Assembly (NCBI RefSeq): GCF_009914755.1
Contig: NC_060942.1
Length of the DNA: 64,000 nucleotides
DNA from: the human T2T-CHM13v2.0 reference genome, Homo sapiens
Direction: 5' to 3' (one strand)
Made by a program: the position numbers and the translations under genes. Below, piece after piece: positions 13,801 through 31,420 of the stretch. Each line of letters opens with the position of its first letter. Within the stretch, counting starts at the first letter, position 1. The notes under the pieces were generated by a model that saw nothing but the letters and a program-made list of their open reading frames with translations, ran no database searches and had not been told where the DNA came from.

Positions 13801-15813
13801 CTGAGAAGTGGTGATAAACCTCAGGCTTCTACTTCCCACTCCCCAGCTTCACCTCTCGCTTCCAAGCTAGTTCTGTTGAGGTAGAAAGGGAAAATGATGT
13901 CATGATGTGACCATGCAGAGCTAGCTTGACTCCTCACAACTCTCTTCTGGGTTTTCTGATTGCCCACAGAGTTGTGTGGAAGAACAGGTGCACTTTTCCA
14001 GTATGCCTGAGAAGGACAAGAAAATTAGCTGAGCAAAGACTAGGTCTTGGGACAAAAACTGCATGCATTGATAGAATGCAGAAATTCCAACATCTGAAGC
14101 CCGGACATTCCCACCCTGAAATCCTGGCTCAATGTTGTCTCCCCTAGAACTCAAACTTCACTCTGGAGAGGAAAAGCAGAGGACAAACCTTAATGTGACT
14201 AAGAAAACCCTAAATTGGCTAAAATGACCAGATTTAAGTTTCTAGTATTACACAGAATAGGGATTCAAATTAGATATTTCTCATCCTTCAAGATGCATCC
14301 TTCAGGACTTCCATGAATTCTTCCCTGTCTTCATCATTTTCTGTCTCCATACTTCTGTTCCAACTGTTCAGTGATTATTAAATTAAAAGTGTTTGTGTGC
14401 TTGGATTTCCCTCTTAACAGGGTAGATGCTGTGTCTTATATTAGCTGAGGAGAGAGCTGCTTTGTGGTAGCTGTTCATGGGATGGAACTGTGTTCTAGAA
14501 AGAAGGAAATCTGGAGAATGAATACCCTGACCCCAGTCTCCACTTGTTCTCTGCTCTATGTGCCTACTGCTTAGTGCAATGCCTGTCATGTAGTAGGTTT
14601 TCATATTTTAAAAAATTAGGTCAGAACTCATGTTCAGTAGGTACTCATGTTAGTGTTCCTTTTTTAATCTGTGGTAATGTTACTGTTCTGAAGCCTACTT
14701 TGCCTGATATTAATATAGCTATTCCAACTTTCTTATGATTCATATTTGCACGGTGTATTTTTTTCTGTGTTGTTACTTTTAATTATCTGGGCCTTTATAC
14801 TTAAAGTGAGTTTCTTGTAGACAATGTATAGTTAGGTCTTGATTTTTCACTCATTTCAGTGATTTATGATTTTTAACTGAGAGGTTAGACTATTTATTTT
14901 TTAATATGATTGTTATGGTTAGGTTAAAATCTATTATCCTTGCTCCATCTGTTTTTTAAAAGACTCCTTTTCCCCCCTCTCTACCTGTCTTATTTTACTT
15001 ATTTTTTAATGTTCCATTTTATTTCCACTACTAGCTTACTAGCTACACGTAGCAGTTGCTTTAGGGTTTACAAAACACATCTTTCACACATCACTGTCTA
15101 TCTCCAAATCATATTATACTATTTCACATATAATGTAACAGTCTTACACCAGTATACTTTGATCTCTCAATCCCATCCTTTCTTCTATTATTATGCATTT
15201 TATATCTTCATATTTTATAAACCGCATAGTCAGTTGTTGTTTCTGCCTTAAACAGTCAATTATTTTTTAAAGAAAAAATTTAAAAACAGGAAAAATTTAG
15301 TCATTTTTATTTCTCCACAAATTTATCATTTTAACTGCTCTCCATTCATTTTAGTAAAGTCAGTTTCCATCTGGTATCATCTGCCTGAAGAATCTCCTTT
15401 AATTTTTTTTGTATTGAAAGTCTGCTGGTAAAATATTCTGTTTTTATTTTTCTTAAGGTCTTTATTTCACCATTATTTCTGAAACATATTGTACTGTGTA
15501 TAACGTTCTAAGTGGACAGCTGTTTTTGTCAGTTTCTAAAATATTTTCTTTTAAGAAATCTGCTGATAGCTTTATCTTTTGTTAACTTTTTATTTTTTAT
15601 TTTTTAATTTTCTTTATTATACTTTAAGTTCTAGGGTACATGTGCACAACGTGCAGGTTTGTTACATATGTGTACATGTGCCATGTTGGTGTGCTGCACC
15701 CATTAACTCGTCATTTACATTAGGTATATCTCCTAATGCTATCCCCCCCACCCACCCCACAACAGGCCCCGGTGTGTGATGTTCCCCTTCCTGTGTCCAA
15801 GTGTTCTCACTGT

Positions 15814-19631
<3,818 letters not shown>

Positions 19632-19694
19632 TATGATGTTAGCTAGTTATTTTGTTCGTTAGTTAATGCAGTTTCTTCCTAGCCTTGATGATCT

Positions 19695-20138
19695 TTACAA
19701 TTTGGCATGTTTTTGCAGTGGCTGGTACTATTTGTTCCTTTCCATGTTTAGTGTTTCCTTCAGGAGCTCTTGTAGGGTGGGCCTGGTGGTGACAAAATCT
19801 CTCAGCATTTGCTTGTCTGTAAAGTATTTTATTTCTCCTTCACTTATGAAGCTTAATTTGGCCAGATATGAAATTCTGGGTTGAAAATTCTTTTCTTTAA
19901 GAATGTTGAATATTGGCCCCCACTCTCTTCTGGCTTGTAGAGTTTCTGCCGAGAGATCAGCTGTTAGTCTGATGGGCTTCCCTTCGTGGGTAACCCGACC
20001 TTTCCCTCTGACTGCCCTTAACAGTTTTTCCTTCATTTCAACTTTGGTGAATCTGACAATTATATGTCTTGGAGTTGCTCTTCTCGAGGAGTATCTTTGT
20101 GGTGTTCTCTGTATTTCCTGAATTTGAATGTTGGCCTG
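19695..20138 (-). pseudogene. L1 ORF1p C-terminal remnant
   Basis: KPIRLTADLSAETLQARREWGPIFNILKEKNFQPRISY; premature stop after ERNK; N-terminus lost by truncation. Confidence 0.9.
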
Positions 20139-20160
20139 TTCATTTTTTAATAATGTGAAG

Positions 20161-20634
<474 letters not shown>

Positions 20635-22189
20635 CAATAATGTGACTTTTTTTTTTCTCTCATTGCCTTTATGATATTTCTCTTTGCATTGTTTTCCAGC
20701 AATTTGATTATGATATGTTTTGCCTTCCCACCCCCATTTTGCTTGGGGTTTTTCGAACTTCTTGGAGTTGTGGATTACAGTTTTCATCAAATTTGGAAGT
20801 ATTTTGGTCATTCAAATATATATATATTTTTTATTTTTTTGGTCTCTCATTCTACTTGTCTCCTGGGATTTCAGTGGCACTTATATTTGACAGTTTGATT
20901 TTTTTCTCTCAATCAGTGAAGGTCTTTTCATCTTTCTTCTTTTCTCCCATGATGTTTCATCTGTCATTTTTTATCTTGTTATGTCATCAAGGTCATTTAT
21001 TTATTTTGATTCTGCAGCATCTAATATTCTGTCAATTTCATCCATAAAATTTTCATTTCAGATTTTGTACTTTTTAATCTCTAGAATTTATATATAGTTT
21101 TTTTGTATCTTCTATTTTGTTTCTTATGTACATGCTTTTCTTTAAATTCTTGTGCATATTATGCATATTTATAATAGCTGTTTTAATGTCCCTGTCTGTT
21201 AATTCATCCTCTCTTTCATTTCTGATTCTGTTTCTATTGACTCGTTTTTCTTCTGGTATGGGCCATACCTTCTGATTCTTCACATATTGTAATATTTAAT
21301 TTGATGAAGGACATTGTGAATTTATATTTTGGGTACTGGATTTTGGTGTTTTCCTTTAAAGAATATTAGACTTTGTTCTGACAGGTAGCTAAACTTCTTG
21401 TAGATCAGTTGGATTATTTCAAGATGTTAAGATTTATTTTTTATGGCAGATCAAGATTAGCCTATACTCTAGGAGTAATTTAGGCTAATTTCTAAGACAT
21501 AGCCTTTCTTGGATCTTTTTTGAATTACATATTCAAAAATCTGTCTCCATTCTAACTAGTGGAAATTAAAATTATCCCTGGCCCTTATGTGAGCTCTGCG
21601 AATTTTCAAAAATCTTGTATAACTTCATAGTAATTGTCTTTTCCCCAGAAGTTGTTCTCATGTGTGGAGTTTTACCCTTTACATACACAGATTAGTATTC
21701 GTCAGAGGCTCAAGAAGACCCCTACTCAAATTTCTGGAGCTCTTTCTCTGTGTAGCTTTCTCTTCTCTGATATTCTGTCTTGCAAATTTTTAGCTACATC
21801 TGCCACCCTGAATTGTGATATCTGTCTCTTCAATTCAGCAATGATATGAAGCTCTGCTTGAATTTCCCCTCCCTGGGCTAGAGGTTTGCAAATTACTTCC
21901 AGGCAGAATGCCGGTGTAACTGAAAGACTCACCTTATTTTTTCTTTTCTTTCCTTTTCTTTTCTTTTTTTTCTGCAGAGATTATGGTCCTGTGCTGCCAA
22001 TTGTCCGATGTCAGAAAGCTGTTGTTTCATATATTTTGTTCAGTTTTCTGGTTGTTTATGGCAGGAAGATAAATCTGGCCCCTATAACACTTTCATGGCT
22101 AGAAGTGAAAGTCCTTGTGTCATCTTTGATTTCTCTTTTTTTTTCCCTTTGCTTCCACATCCAAGTTGTTTTTATTCCCTCCCAAGTTC

Positions 22190-22810
22190 TATCACTGCAA
22201 CTTCTCTCATTTCTGTCTTCTGAATAATCACAAGTCTTTTACCTAATCTTTCTGCTTCTAGAGTCCATGCCTCTAATCAAACCATCAACTGATTATCAGA
22301 AGAATCTTCTTAAAATTCTTGCAATTATGATTTAAAAATCCCCTTAAAATCTTCAATGGCTCCACTATGGTAGCAGAGTAATTAAGAATTTTTAATATTG
22401 GGAGTAAAGCAATTTTAGGCTTTTCTCTTTTGCTTTCATCTCTCATTTTACCTACCATGATTTCCCTCTGCTTTCCTTCCTATCTTACCTTTTCTACTGT
22501 GTTTTCTCTTCCCGATATAGTAAAATCCTTTCTATTTTTGTGACCAGGAGAAAATAGTATTTTCTTTTGCAATTCCTTCCTGGATCAAATTTCTTAGGCA
22601 TTTCCTACTTTTCTGAATTCTGAAAGTACTTTGTTGACATTTCTCATGACACTTTTTACTCTCTACAACTTTATCATAGTCCTTTATGAACACTACTGTT
22701 GACATCAAGTATTGATGGTATGTGCTGTGCTTCTTTTTTATGTTTTACTTTCTATAACAAATGTTGGCAATGAATTCCATTGACTCGGTGCCTAATAAAA
22801 TTTTGCTAAC
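22190..22810 (+). mobile_element. L2 LINE fragments
   Basis: cccttaaaatcttcaatggctcc ... ggtgcctaataaaa, L2 3' region signatures. Confidence 0.5.
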
Positions 22811-23952
22811 AAAATTATTGCCTATCTTAACATCTTGACATCTTCGTTCTTCAGGTCTGTTGCTTCAACCCCAGAAGAGGAGCCTAATGCTGACCACTCA
22901 ACTGTGATCAGATTTAAAGGCAACTCTTCCATATCATATTCTGCATCATATCACCATTATCACCATTGGATATCACACATCATATTCACATTACTAATTT
23001 GATACATTAAAACAAATAATTCGATTATCAAGTCATACTTACTGCTTCTCTTTCTTCTACTTTTATATTTGCCAATATTTTTAAGTATGTATTTCTTTCT
23101 CATTAGATTATCAGCTCTATCCAAATAAAACTTTGATTAGTCCTTTAGTACAGTGCTTTGTATACACAAATAGAGGTAGAATAATATCATTATGATAAGC
23201 CTATTTTGTGTGTGTTTTACATAAACATACACATACACACTTTGGCTTACTGAGCAAAGGACATCACATGTTAAGGACTTAATACACTTAAATATGCATA
23301 CACATATCTATGTATTATGTATGCCTTTAGATAGTGATCAATATATGCGTATTTTATACAAAAATGGAATGTAAATGAGAGTCAGATGATAAGAAAGCAA
23401 AAATTTTTTAAAAATTGAATGTAAAAATATTGGGATGTTATTGAATATTAGCTGCTTCATATTAGAAAATAACACTAGAATATTAGCTTTAATATGTACA
23501 GCATACATCTGACAGAGATACTTTAGTTTTAGTGTCTCAAATTATAGGGACTCAATTATCTTCTCTAGAAAATACTTGTGTCTCAATCTCATTATCAAAA
23601 GACTTTCCACATACTTTGCCTAAAATTACCTTTTCTTCATTTTAATTATACAACTCCAAATCACTTTCCCTCATTAGTATTTGATAATTATAAGCAAAGA
23701 AGCAAATATAAGAACAAGAAATACATAAGAATGCAGTCATGCATTTTCCCTTCTTTCTGTTGATAGCACTGACTTCATTGAGATGAAGTGTATTTAATTT
23801 CAATTCACTAAATGACCGCATTCATAACTTGAGTTCATTTCCATTTTAGGCTGATTTCTTTCAAATCTGATTCGATATGCATAATTTTTCTTTAAGCATA
23901 CATAGCTACATTCTTTTAAACTTGTTTTTCATCTAGAGAAGGAGGGAGAAGG

Positions 23953-24147
23953 AAATTAACATTTATTTTGTATCTACTTTTGACACAGCCTGTTTTTGGC
24001 ATTTGACATATATCATCTCATTCAGTTCTCTCCTCAATCCTGAGAAACTGAAAATATTATTCTCATTTTAAAAATGAAAATCTGATGGCTAGAAACTAAC
24101 ATGCCCAAGACTGCTTAATTAGGAAAAGGAAGAGTCAAAATTCAAAC
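23953..24147 (-). mobile_element. MIR SINE
   Basis: taacatttatt ... atcatctcattcagttctctc ... attattctcattttaaaaatgaaaa ... tgcccaag ... attcaaac. Confidence 0.65.
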
Positions 24148-24785
24148 AAAATCATCCTTTTTCTTTAATCTTTTTCTTTCTTTTTTTTTTAAGTGGCACT
24201 ACATTGTCCATTTTCAGGCAAAGATTTTGCAGAAAAATCATAGGAGGCTGGGCAGTTAATAATTTTAAAAATCATATTGTTTTATCTGTGGTGTAAGTGT
24301 GAAGTCCTTATGTTAAAATGCTTATCAGAACATGACACTTGAACATGTTCCATGTTAGAATTTGGGGATGTCTCAGAATTTGCTGAAGTATGAATGTAGA
24401 TTCAAAGGGAAACATTCCAAAACTACATTGTGAAGTGATTTCTCTTTTTATCTGAGCTCTCTTTTTTTTCTATTTTTTTTGGACTGTGATAAATTGATCC
24501 AAAGAGCCCACTGAAATTAAACTAGATGAAAACCATCAGTGCATTTAACAAAACCCAGAAGTATGTTAGGTTTGGGGTGACAACCAATGGAGAATGTAAG
24601 CACACTCACTTCCACTGCTAGCAATTTGGTTTCATCTACCATGCCACAGGTTTCTCCAGAAGCCTTGCTTACTGGAGTTGTAACCTGCCCCTTTTGGAAT
24701 TATTAAAACTCTAAGCATACCATTGGGAGGCTGTAGATTGTGTATGATGATGATATTTGTTGTTTGGTAACAACATTATAAGCAT

Positions 24786-24945
24786 GAGGTAGTATATAGC
24801 ATGTATTAAAATTGACTCCAGAAAGTGTGAATTATAATCTCACATTAACTATGTGAGCTTGGTCAAGTCACTTAATTGATCTCTAGTCTGCTTTCTCGTT
24901 CATAAAATAAAGATGTTGAACAACAAAATCACCAGTCAAGTTTTC
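24786..24945 (+). mobile_element. MIR/MIR3 SINE
   Basis: taactatgtgagcttggtcaagtcacttaa ... tttctcgttcataaaat. Confidence 0.6.
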
Positions 24946-25013
24946 TTTTTTAAAATATTTTTCCCTAAAGAGATAAAGCAGTAAGTGAATGTAATAAAAA
25001 ATATAAATGATGC

Positions 25014-25525
25014 AAAAGAAAATACAATAAAAAATAATTCTCCATTCCAGCTTCCTAGTCCTTCTCCTTATATGCAATTGCTATTGACAGATTTTGTGCA
25101 CGTTTTCTATGCATTTACAACCAGTTGTTATAGGTATATGTGTGTGTATGTATAACTTTCTTTTTCTTTTTAACTCAAATGGGAATATACTGTAACTACT
25201 GTTCAGCTGAATTATATAAAATGATACATATCTTGGAGATTTAAATCTACTTTATTATTTTTAAAAGAAAATACAATAAAAAATAATTCTTCATTCCAGC
25301 CTCCTAGTCCTTCTCCTTAGATGCAATTGCTATTGACAAATTTTGGCATGTGGACACACATTTTTTCTATGCATCTGCAATCAGGTGTTATAAGTATATG
25401 TGTGTGTATATATAACTTTCTTTTTTTTTTAACTCAGATGGGAATACACTGTGACCACAGTTCAGTTGAATTTTATAAAATGATGCATATCTTGGAGATG
25501 TAAATCTACTTTATTATGTTTTAAA
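25014..25525. repeat. Direct tandem duplication, 2 x ~250 bp, inside an old L1ME-like 3' fragment
   Basis: Units start aaaagaaaatacaataaaaa at 25014 and 25263 and align throughout with scattered substitutions and a small indel. Confidence 0.92.
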
Positions 25526-26379
25526 GTTGCATAGTATTTCATTGCATGGATGTGCCATGATTTATTTAATCAGTTTTCTATTGACAGACATTTAAGTTTG
25601 CCACAATGAACATACTTTTATGCATTATGTTACAGGCCTGTATAGGCAAATAGATATGTAGAATGAATTCCTAGAAATGAAATTACTGTTCTAAATTAAT
25701 TTTAAAATGAGTTTAGAATAATTCACGCCAGAATTTTTTAGCATAGGAATCTCTTTTTGAAAAGATCATACATATTTATAAAAGTCAAAGAAATAAAGAA
25801 CAATAAAAAGAAGAAAGCAAAATTTATTCTAATACACAACTAAATAGAAATCACCACTTTTTACATTAGATGACTATCATAACAGATATCTATTAATGCT
25901 TTTGTAAAAGAAAGCCAGATAGATAAAATAATTTTTATTTTAAAAAGAACCATGGTATGATAATTTTAAAAGTATATTACACTTAACTTTTATTTGGATC
26001 CAGCAGGATAAAAAGAAACTCAGGTGGAACTGAAGGAATCTCTCACACTTTAGATAAGTGTTTCATTGCCACAAGAGACATTAGTTTCCAAAAGTTCCTT
26101 CCAAAATTAAAAGGAAGATTCCCAAAATACTGAGGATTAAATCTACTCTTACACAATGTTCTATTTTGTCTTCTGTCCCCAGCAAAGTTTTGTTAAAAAA
26201 TTTTAGAAAATTTTGTTAAGGCCTATCACTTTACAATCTATTCTGCAATGATTATTCCCTTAGTTTTTAAGCTATATTTCTATATTTAACAGATTTAGGA
26301 CTCATCACATTTTTTTAAAAAACATGGTTCTTCTATCTTTAATTTTTAAATTTTGATTTATCTCTCAGTTACCTAGATT

Positions 26380-27200
26380 TAATTGACATTGTTGTTTTTC
26401 AACAAAGAGTCATATTACTATTTTTTTCTATGTGCTTGAATGATTGAGAACACGATTCAGCAGTTTTATAGAAAAGGGAAAAATTTACCAAATATAATTG
26501 TTTTAGGTCTCATTTTCCCTCAGAATGTTCTAGACATTACTATCTTTTAGAATGGAGAGTTGTAGTGGAAACTGTCTTACTCTTGTTTTACCTTACACCT
26601 TGTAAATGTCTTGCTTTGTTATGTGGATGCCTAGACATTTGTTTTTTCATGTTAAAACTCAAAAATTTAATTTGAATACATCCTGATGTAATTTTTCTTC
26701 TGTATCAACTTTTCCAGGAATATGGTATACGTTTATGACCTGCATGCTTACTTCTTCCTTCATTCCAAAGAGATTTTTGTATTATATTTTATAGTACTTT
26801 CCCTTTTTATTAAATTTTTTTCTAGTTCAACATTAATTACTTTATATTGAATCTTGTTGCATTTTACATCTATTTTCTTATCTTTAATGCATTAATCTCT
26901 GTTTCCTTTGTAGTTTATCTTTAGCTTTTCCTACCAACAATTTAATTTTCAGGCATGTATAGTTTTCTCTTGCTGTTTTTAACATTGCTATTAAATCTAT
27001 AATGCTATTTTTTGATTCTCAACTTATTTCCTCAATGGTTAGTTCCCTTTACTTTATATTTCTATGTTTTATTATCTATTTCTTCCCCAGCTCCTATTAA
27101 AATTAATTCATGTCATTATTAAGTTCTCTTCTTCCTTTCATTGTGTTTTTTATGAGATTTAAAAGTCTATCTTCTATTAAATTTAAATGCCCAGTTCACT
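26380..27200 (-). mobile_element. Very old L1/HAL1-like fragment
   Basis: T-rich antisense ORF1-like signature (cattttccctcagaatgttctagacatt ... ggatgcc). Confidence 0.4.
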
Positions 27201-27553
27201 CTACTTGCTATAGAGGACAGCTATCTTGTTCCATTTTTGAAATTCTACCAGGAAGTGCATGAGCCTTTATTATGCCTGTGTTCCTACAATTTTCCCAGGT
27301 TGCTTGCTCATCCCCCTCGATATGCTTCTATCTAAATTGAGGAATACTCATGGGATTTTCAAAAATTTTGTCTTATGTTTTCCCTAGTTCCATTTTTGGG
27401 CAGTGAAAGGTTGGTGATGAGCAATGAAGAACAGCATTGCCATCATTTATTTAGTTCATTAACCACGACATTTGAAGATGTGGTACCCAGTTGTTACTCC
27501 TTTCTTTGACTGTTTGCTGCTGATACATGTTTTGCAACTTTGTTTTGAGAGTT

Positions 27554-27556
<3 letters not shown>

Positions 27557-27586
<30 letters not shown>
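27557..27586. repeat. (AT)15 microsatellite
   Basis: Perfect dinucleotide run. Confidence 0.95.
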
Positions 27587-27588
<2 letters not shown>

Positions 27589-29551
27589 GCAGGGGGATGT
27601 TTTAATCTGGCATTACCTTTTATGTAGAAATACTCTCCCTTCTGTGTTGTGAACCAGCTTCCAAAGTGGCAGCACCATTGTACCTTCCACCTATGTAAAC
27701 CCAAAACGCCAAATGTTTTAATCTTTGGCAATCAGATGCATAACAATGTTATTTTATTGTTTTAATGTACAGTTCTTATGAATGAGGTTGAGTGGAAATT
27801 TGTTTTCTTGTTGCTTTATAAGAGCTCTTTATTATGGAAAATCACTTTTGCAAATACTTCCCCCAGTTTGTCATTTTTCTTTTGGCTTTGATTATGATGT
27901 TTTGATTATGTTTGTATTAATTTCTAATTTTTATGAAGTCAAATGGTGCATTTCTCTTATATTTTTTAAGTGTTGTGACTTACTTAGAAAGCCCTTCCTT
28001 AGTCCTAGATTTTTAAAAAATCCAGAAGCTGAAAAAACAAAGATTACTCATCCCTCCTCACCCCCTCATACACCTGCTAAGCCTAAATCCATGAGCAAGG
28101 GGCTTAGCATATGTTTTAAAAAGATTTCCCTGGTTAAAACTTACTGGATCTGATGGTCTCTACTGTGTCTTCCAAATATGACATGCTATGATTGTAAGTG
28201 ATACTTCACAAATAGAAGAGCGACAGACATTTTGTGAGGACGAAAAAGCACCACAGGCATTAATTTTTTTAAAAAGTTGTTCTCAGTCCAGGACTTCATA
28301 ACATATAAAGATTTACAAAGTATGACATATTTCTATCATTTAGAGGAAACCAGTAAAATATAATGATTCCTCTGACTGGAGGACTTTATTCAGATCAGAA
28401 AAGAAAAAAAGATAGTTACTCTCTTAACCAGAGGAGCGAATAGCTTTTGAAAATATTAATAGTGATTTGGAGAATAATATGAAACAAGAATGGGTTATTG
28501 CTAGATTTAAAGCCAAGCAGATCAAAGGGACCAGAAAAAGAAGAAGGGGGAAAATAAATATTTTGTGTAGCTTAATTGTTACTGTTATCTCAGAAACACA
28601 TTTTATCAAAAAGAAAGAAAAGCCTTGTTAAATTATTGCAGGCATGTGCCATCCCATCTTCTGAAGGGGTTCTATTGAGTTAGACTATTCTATCATTATT
28701 GAGGATGTTTCCTAAACAGGATATCTCTTCTGTTCAAAATGATAAGGTGGAGAACATGTAGCCACATGAAATTATCCAAGTGGCAGAATATTCGCATATA
28801 AGATAATTTATAGTTCCCCATAAATGTTGTTAAATCTGGGACCTGTACAATGATGAGTTATGAATTCAGCCCTTGTTAATGTTTCCTTTGCAATATGTGG
28901 TGGGAAACAGCTATTAAAAATACTAGCGTCACTATTTATTCAAAGGTTCCACATCACCAGAATAAACTGCCCAAGAGGAAACATCTTGTTCATAACGATT
29001 TGAAATACAGAGCTTAAAGTTTCATGCACTGAATGTTCAGCTTTATAATAATAAGGAAGCATTCATAATATATGTGTGACATTGTTAGTGCTAAACATAT
29101 AGCTAAATATTTCATGAAAGGGCTATTGTGCACTTGATTTTACAATAAACAGTTAAACCTCCTGGAGTAGATTTGATGCAAGTGGAATGTTTGCTTAGAT
29201 TTAGCACAGAGAAATAGTGTAAATAATTCATGGGGTGTAATTCGACTCAATATTTTTCCTGGTCTATGAAGCATATGAACTTACCTTTTTTTTCCCCATT
29301 TAGCATTGCTGTCTTCTTAAGGTTGTAGGTCTTTTTGGTTTGTAATTCACCTCTGGGGTCAATTTGAAAATAAATTAAGATTAGCTGAAGAAAATATATG
29401 CCTTTTTCATTACATAGTGTTGAAGGCATTCAAAAGAACCACCTGCCACTTTTTTTAATTCAGAAAAACATGAAAAAGAAGACAGGTAAGGAAGGCTGAA
29501 CTCAAATAGGATCCACGATTCCTGTTCTTGAGTGGCAAAGGTCTTTTCCTC

Positions 29552-30190
29552 TGCTAAATTAAATTAAATTTGACCCCAAACTGCTTCCATATGTAGAAAC
29601 TTAACTAAGAGTATATTCTTATAAAAAGTAGCTGAGTCTCGCCAATTGGCTAAAGCAGCTGAGCTTTAGCCAATCAGAGGTTGCCAACTGATCAGAGCAT
29701 TGACCATGTAAGGCAAATTCTGAGCTGTAACCAATCGAGCTGTTCTGTATGTAACGTCCTCTTTCTATCAATAAAGAAGGCCTGTCTACATTGCATGAAG
29801 GTTCTGAGTGCTGCGAGATTTATGAATTGGCCTTTGCTCATATAAACTTTGCAGAATTTAATTTGTTTAATGTCTTTCTTTTCTCTTTTTGAGTCAGAGT
29901 TTCTCTCTGATGCCCAAGGTAGAATGCAGCGGAGCAATCAAGGCTCACCGCAGCCTGGACCTCCTTGGCTCAAGCAGTCCTCCTGCCTCAGCCTCACGAA
30001 TAGCTGGGAGCACAGGCCTACGCTGTCATGCCTGGCTAGTTGGTGTTTTTTAATTTTTTGTGGCGACAGGCCTCACTAGTTGCCCAGGCTGCTCTCCAAC
30101 TCTTGGACTCAAGTGATCGTCTCACTTCAGCCTCCCAAAGTGTTGGGATTATAGGTGTGAATCACTTACCCACCACTTTTTTTTTTTAAG
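29552..30190 (+). mobile_element. 5' LTR (MER57-type), Alu inserted at its 3' end
   Basis: Begins TG at 29552 and aligns to 36215-36578; followed by a degenerate PBS-like tttgttattggaggtagggtctgaag. Confidence 0.8.
29876..30172 (-). mobile_element. Alu SINE (AluJ-like, highly diverged) inside 5' LTR
   Basis: gctcaccgcagcctggacctccttggctcaagcagtcctcctgcctcagcc ... cctcccaaagtgttgggattatagg. Confidence 0.9.
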
Positions 30191-30528
30191 TTTGTTATTG
30201 GAGGTAGGGTCTGAAGTAGACCTCCTGCAACCCTCAGGTCAGAAGTAGTGAGTGACCAAGTGGAAGTACCCACCAGGCCCATTGTGCTCACTGATCTCTT
30301 GCAGCAACTGGGGCAATGAGTGAGTTCTGTCTCAGGTTCAAGCTCTATGAAGTTGTGTTTTGAAATATCTGAGTTTATTTGAGCTTTTAAAAAAAATCAG
30401 ACCTGGGTTCAGAAGTTGCAACAGAAACAGGACAGGGTCTTATAGGGAGGCCTCAGTTGTCTAATTGGGTCATGCAGAAACTGTACTGGGTTCAGTAAGT
30501 AGATAAGGTTACTAAAGTACAGAGAATC

Positions 30529-30865
30529 ATGGGTTCATTTGGATCCAAGAAGGCCAAAACTCCTCCATTTGAAACTCCAGCTAATTTCATGTATTAGAAC
30601 TATGTATCCAGAAACTGATTTTCTACAGAAATGGGTGAACTTTACCAAAGGTAACTTAGAGTTAGAGTAGTCACATTGAGGCAACTTCTTCAAGGGGCAA
30701 CTTCTTCGAAAGGCAAAGAGGTGCATGTCTTTACAGTTACAACAGCTAAAAAGATCAAGAGGACCTCCTCCCCAAACTGAGGGCCCCCAAAGGAAAGAAT
30801 CCTATGGCCTGAGATGTTTGCCTTTAATGTAAGTGGTCAGGCCATTGGAAAATAAATTATCCACT
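30529..30865 (+). pseudogene. ERV gag remnant (matrix N-terminus joined to NC zinc knuckle)
   Basis: MGSFGSKKAKTPPFETPANFMY* from 30529; LQKWVNFTKGNLELE; knuckle relic C-L-*-C-K-W-S-G-H-W-K at 30819. Confidence 0.65.
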
Positions 30866-31125
30866 TTCACAACAGCCATCTGATGGAAACATTCATTTTG
30901 GCCTGGAATGTTTCCCCACTAAAAAACAATAATCAATCTCTTAGAAAAAAAATTCCTATGGCAAGAGTTTCAAATTAAGTTCAAAAAGTTCCTGTGTCCA
31001 AACTTACCTAATAAACACTTGGACGATTTTCAGAAAAACATGTATAAGAATTAGTTTTTTTGTGTTTTCTCTATTCAGTCCTGTCTGCTTCTCCTATGAG
31101 GACCTCTCAGTTGACTGGATCCCTC

Positions 31126-31420
31126 TTTTTTTTTTTTTAGACAGAGTTTCGCTCTTGTTGCCCAGGCTGGAGTGCAATGGCATGATCTTGGCTCACTGCA
31201 ACCTCCGCCTCTGGATTCAAGTGATTCTCCTGCCCCAGCCCCTCGAGTAGCTGGGATTATAAGTGCATGCCACTGCACCCAGGTAATTTTTGTATTTTTA
31301 GTAGAGATGGTGTTTCACCATATTGGCCAGGCTGGTCTTGAACTCCTGACCTCAGGTGATCTGCCCACTTCAGCCTCCCAAAGTGCTGGGATTACAGGCG
31401 TGAGCCACTGCTGCCTGACC
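31126..31420 (-). mobile_element. AluSq-like SINE inside the provirus
   Basis: Diagnostic tttcgctcttgttgcccaggctggagtgcaatggc; flanking atccctctt / atcccctctt. Confidence 0.92.

Noticed and set aside
24328-24357. p53/p63-like element GAACATGACA-ctt-GAACATGTTC
   Set aside because: Only one perfect half-site, with a 3-bp spacer and mismatches; expected by chance
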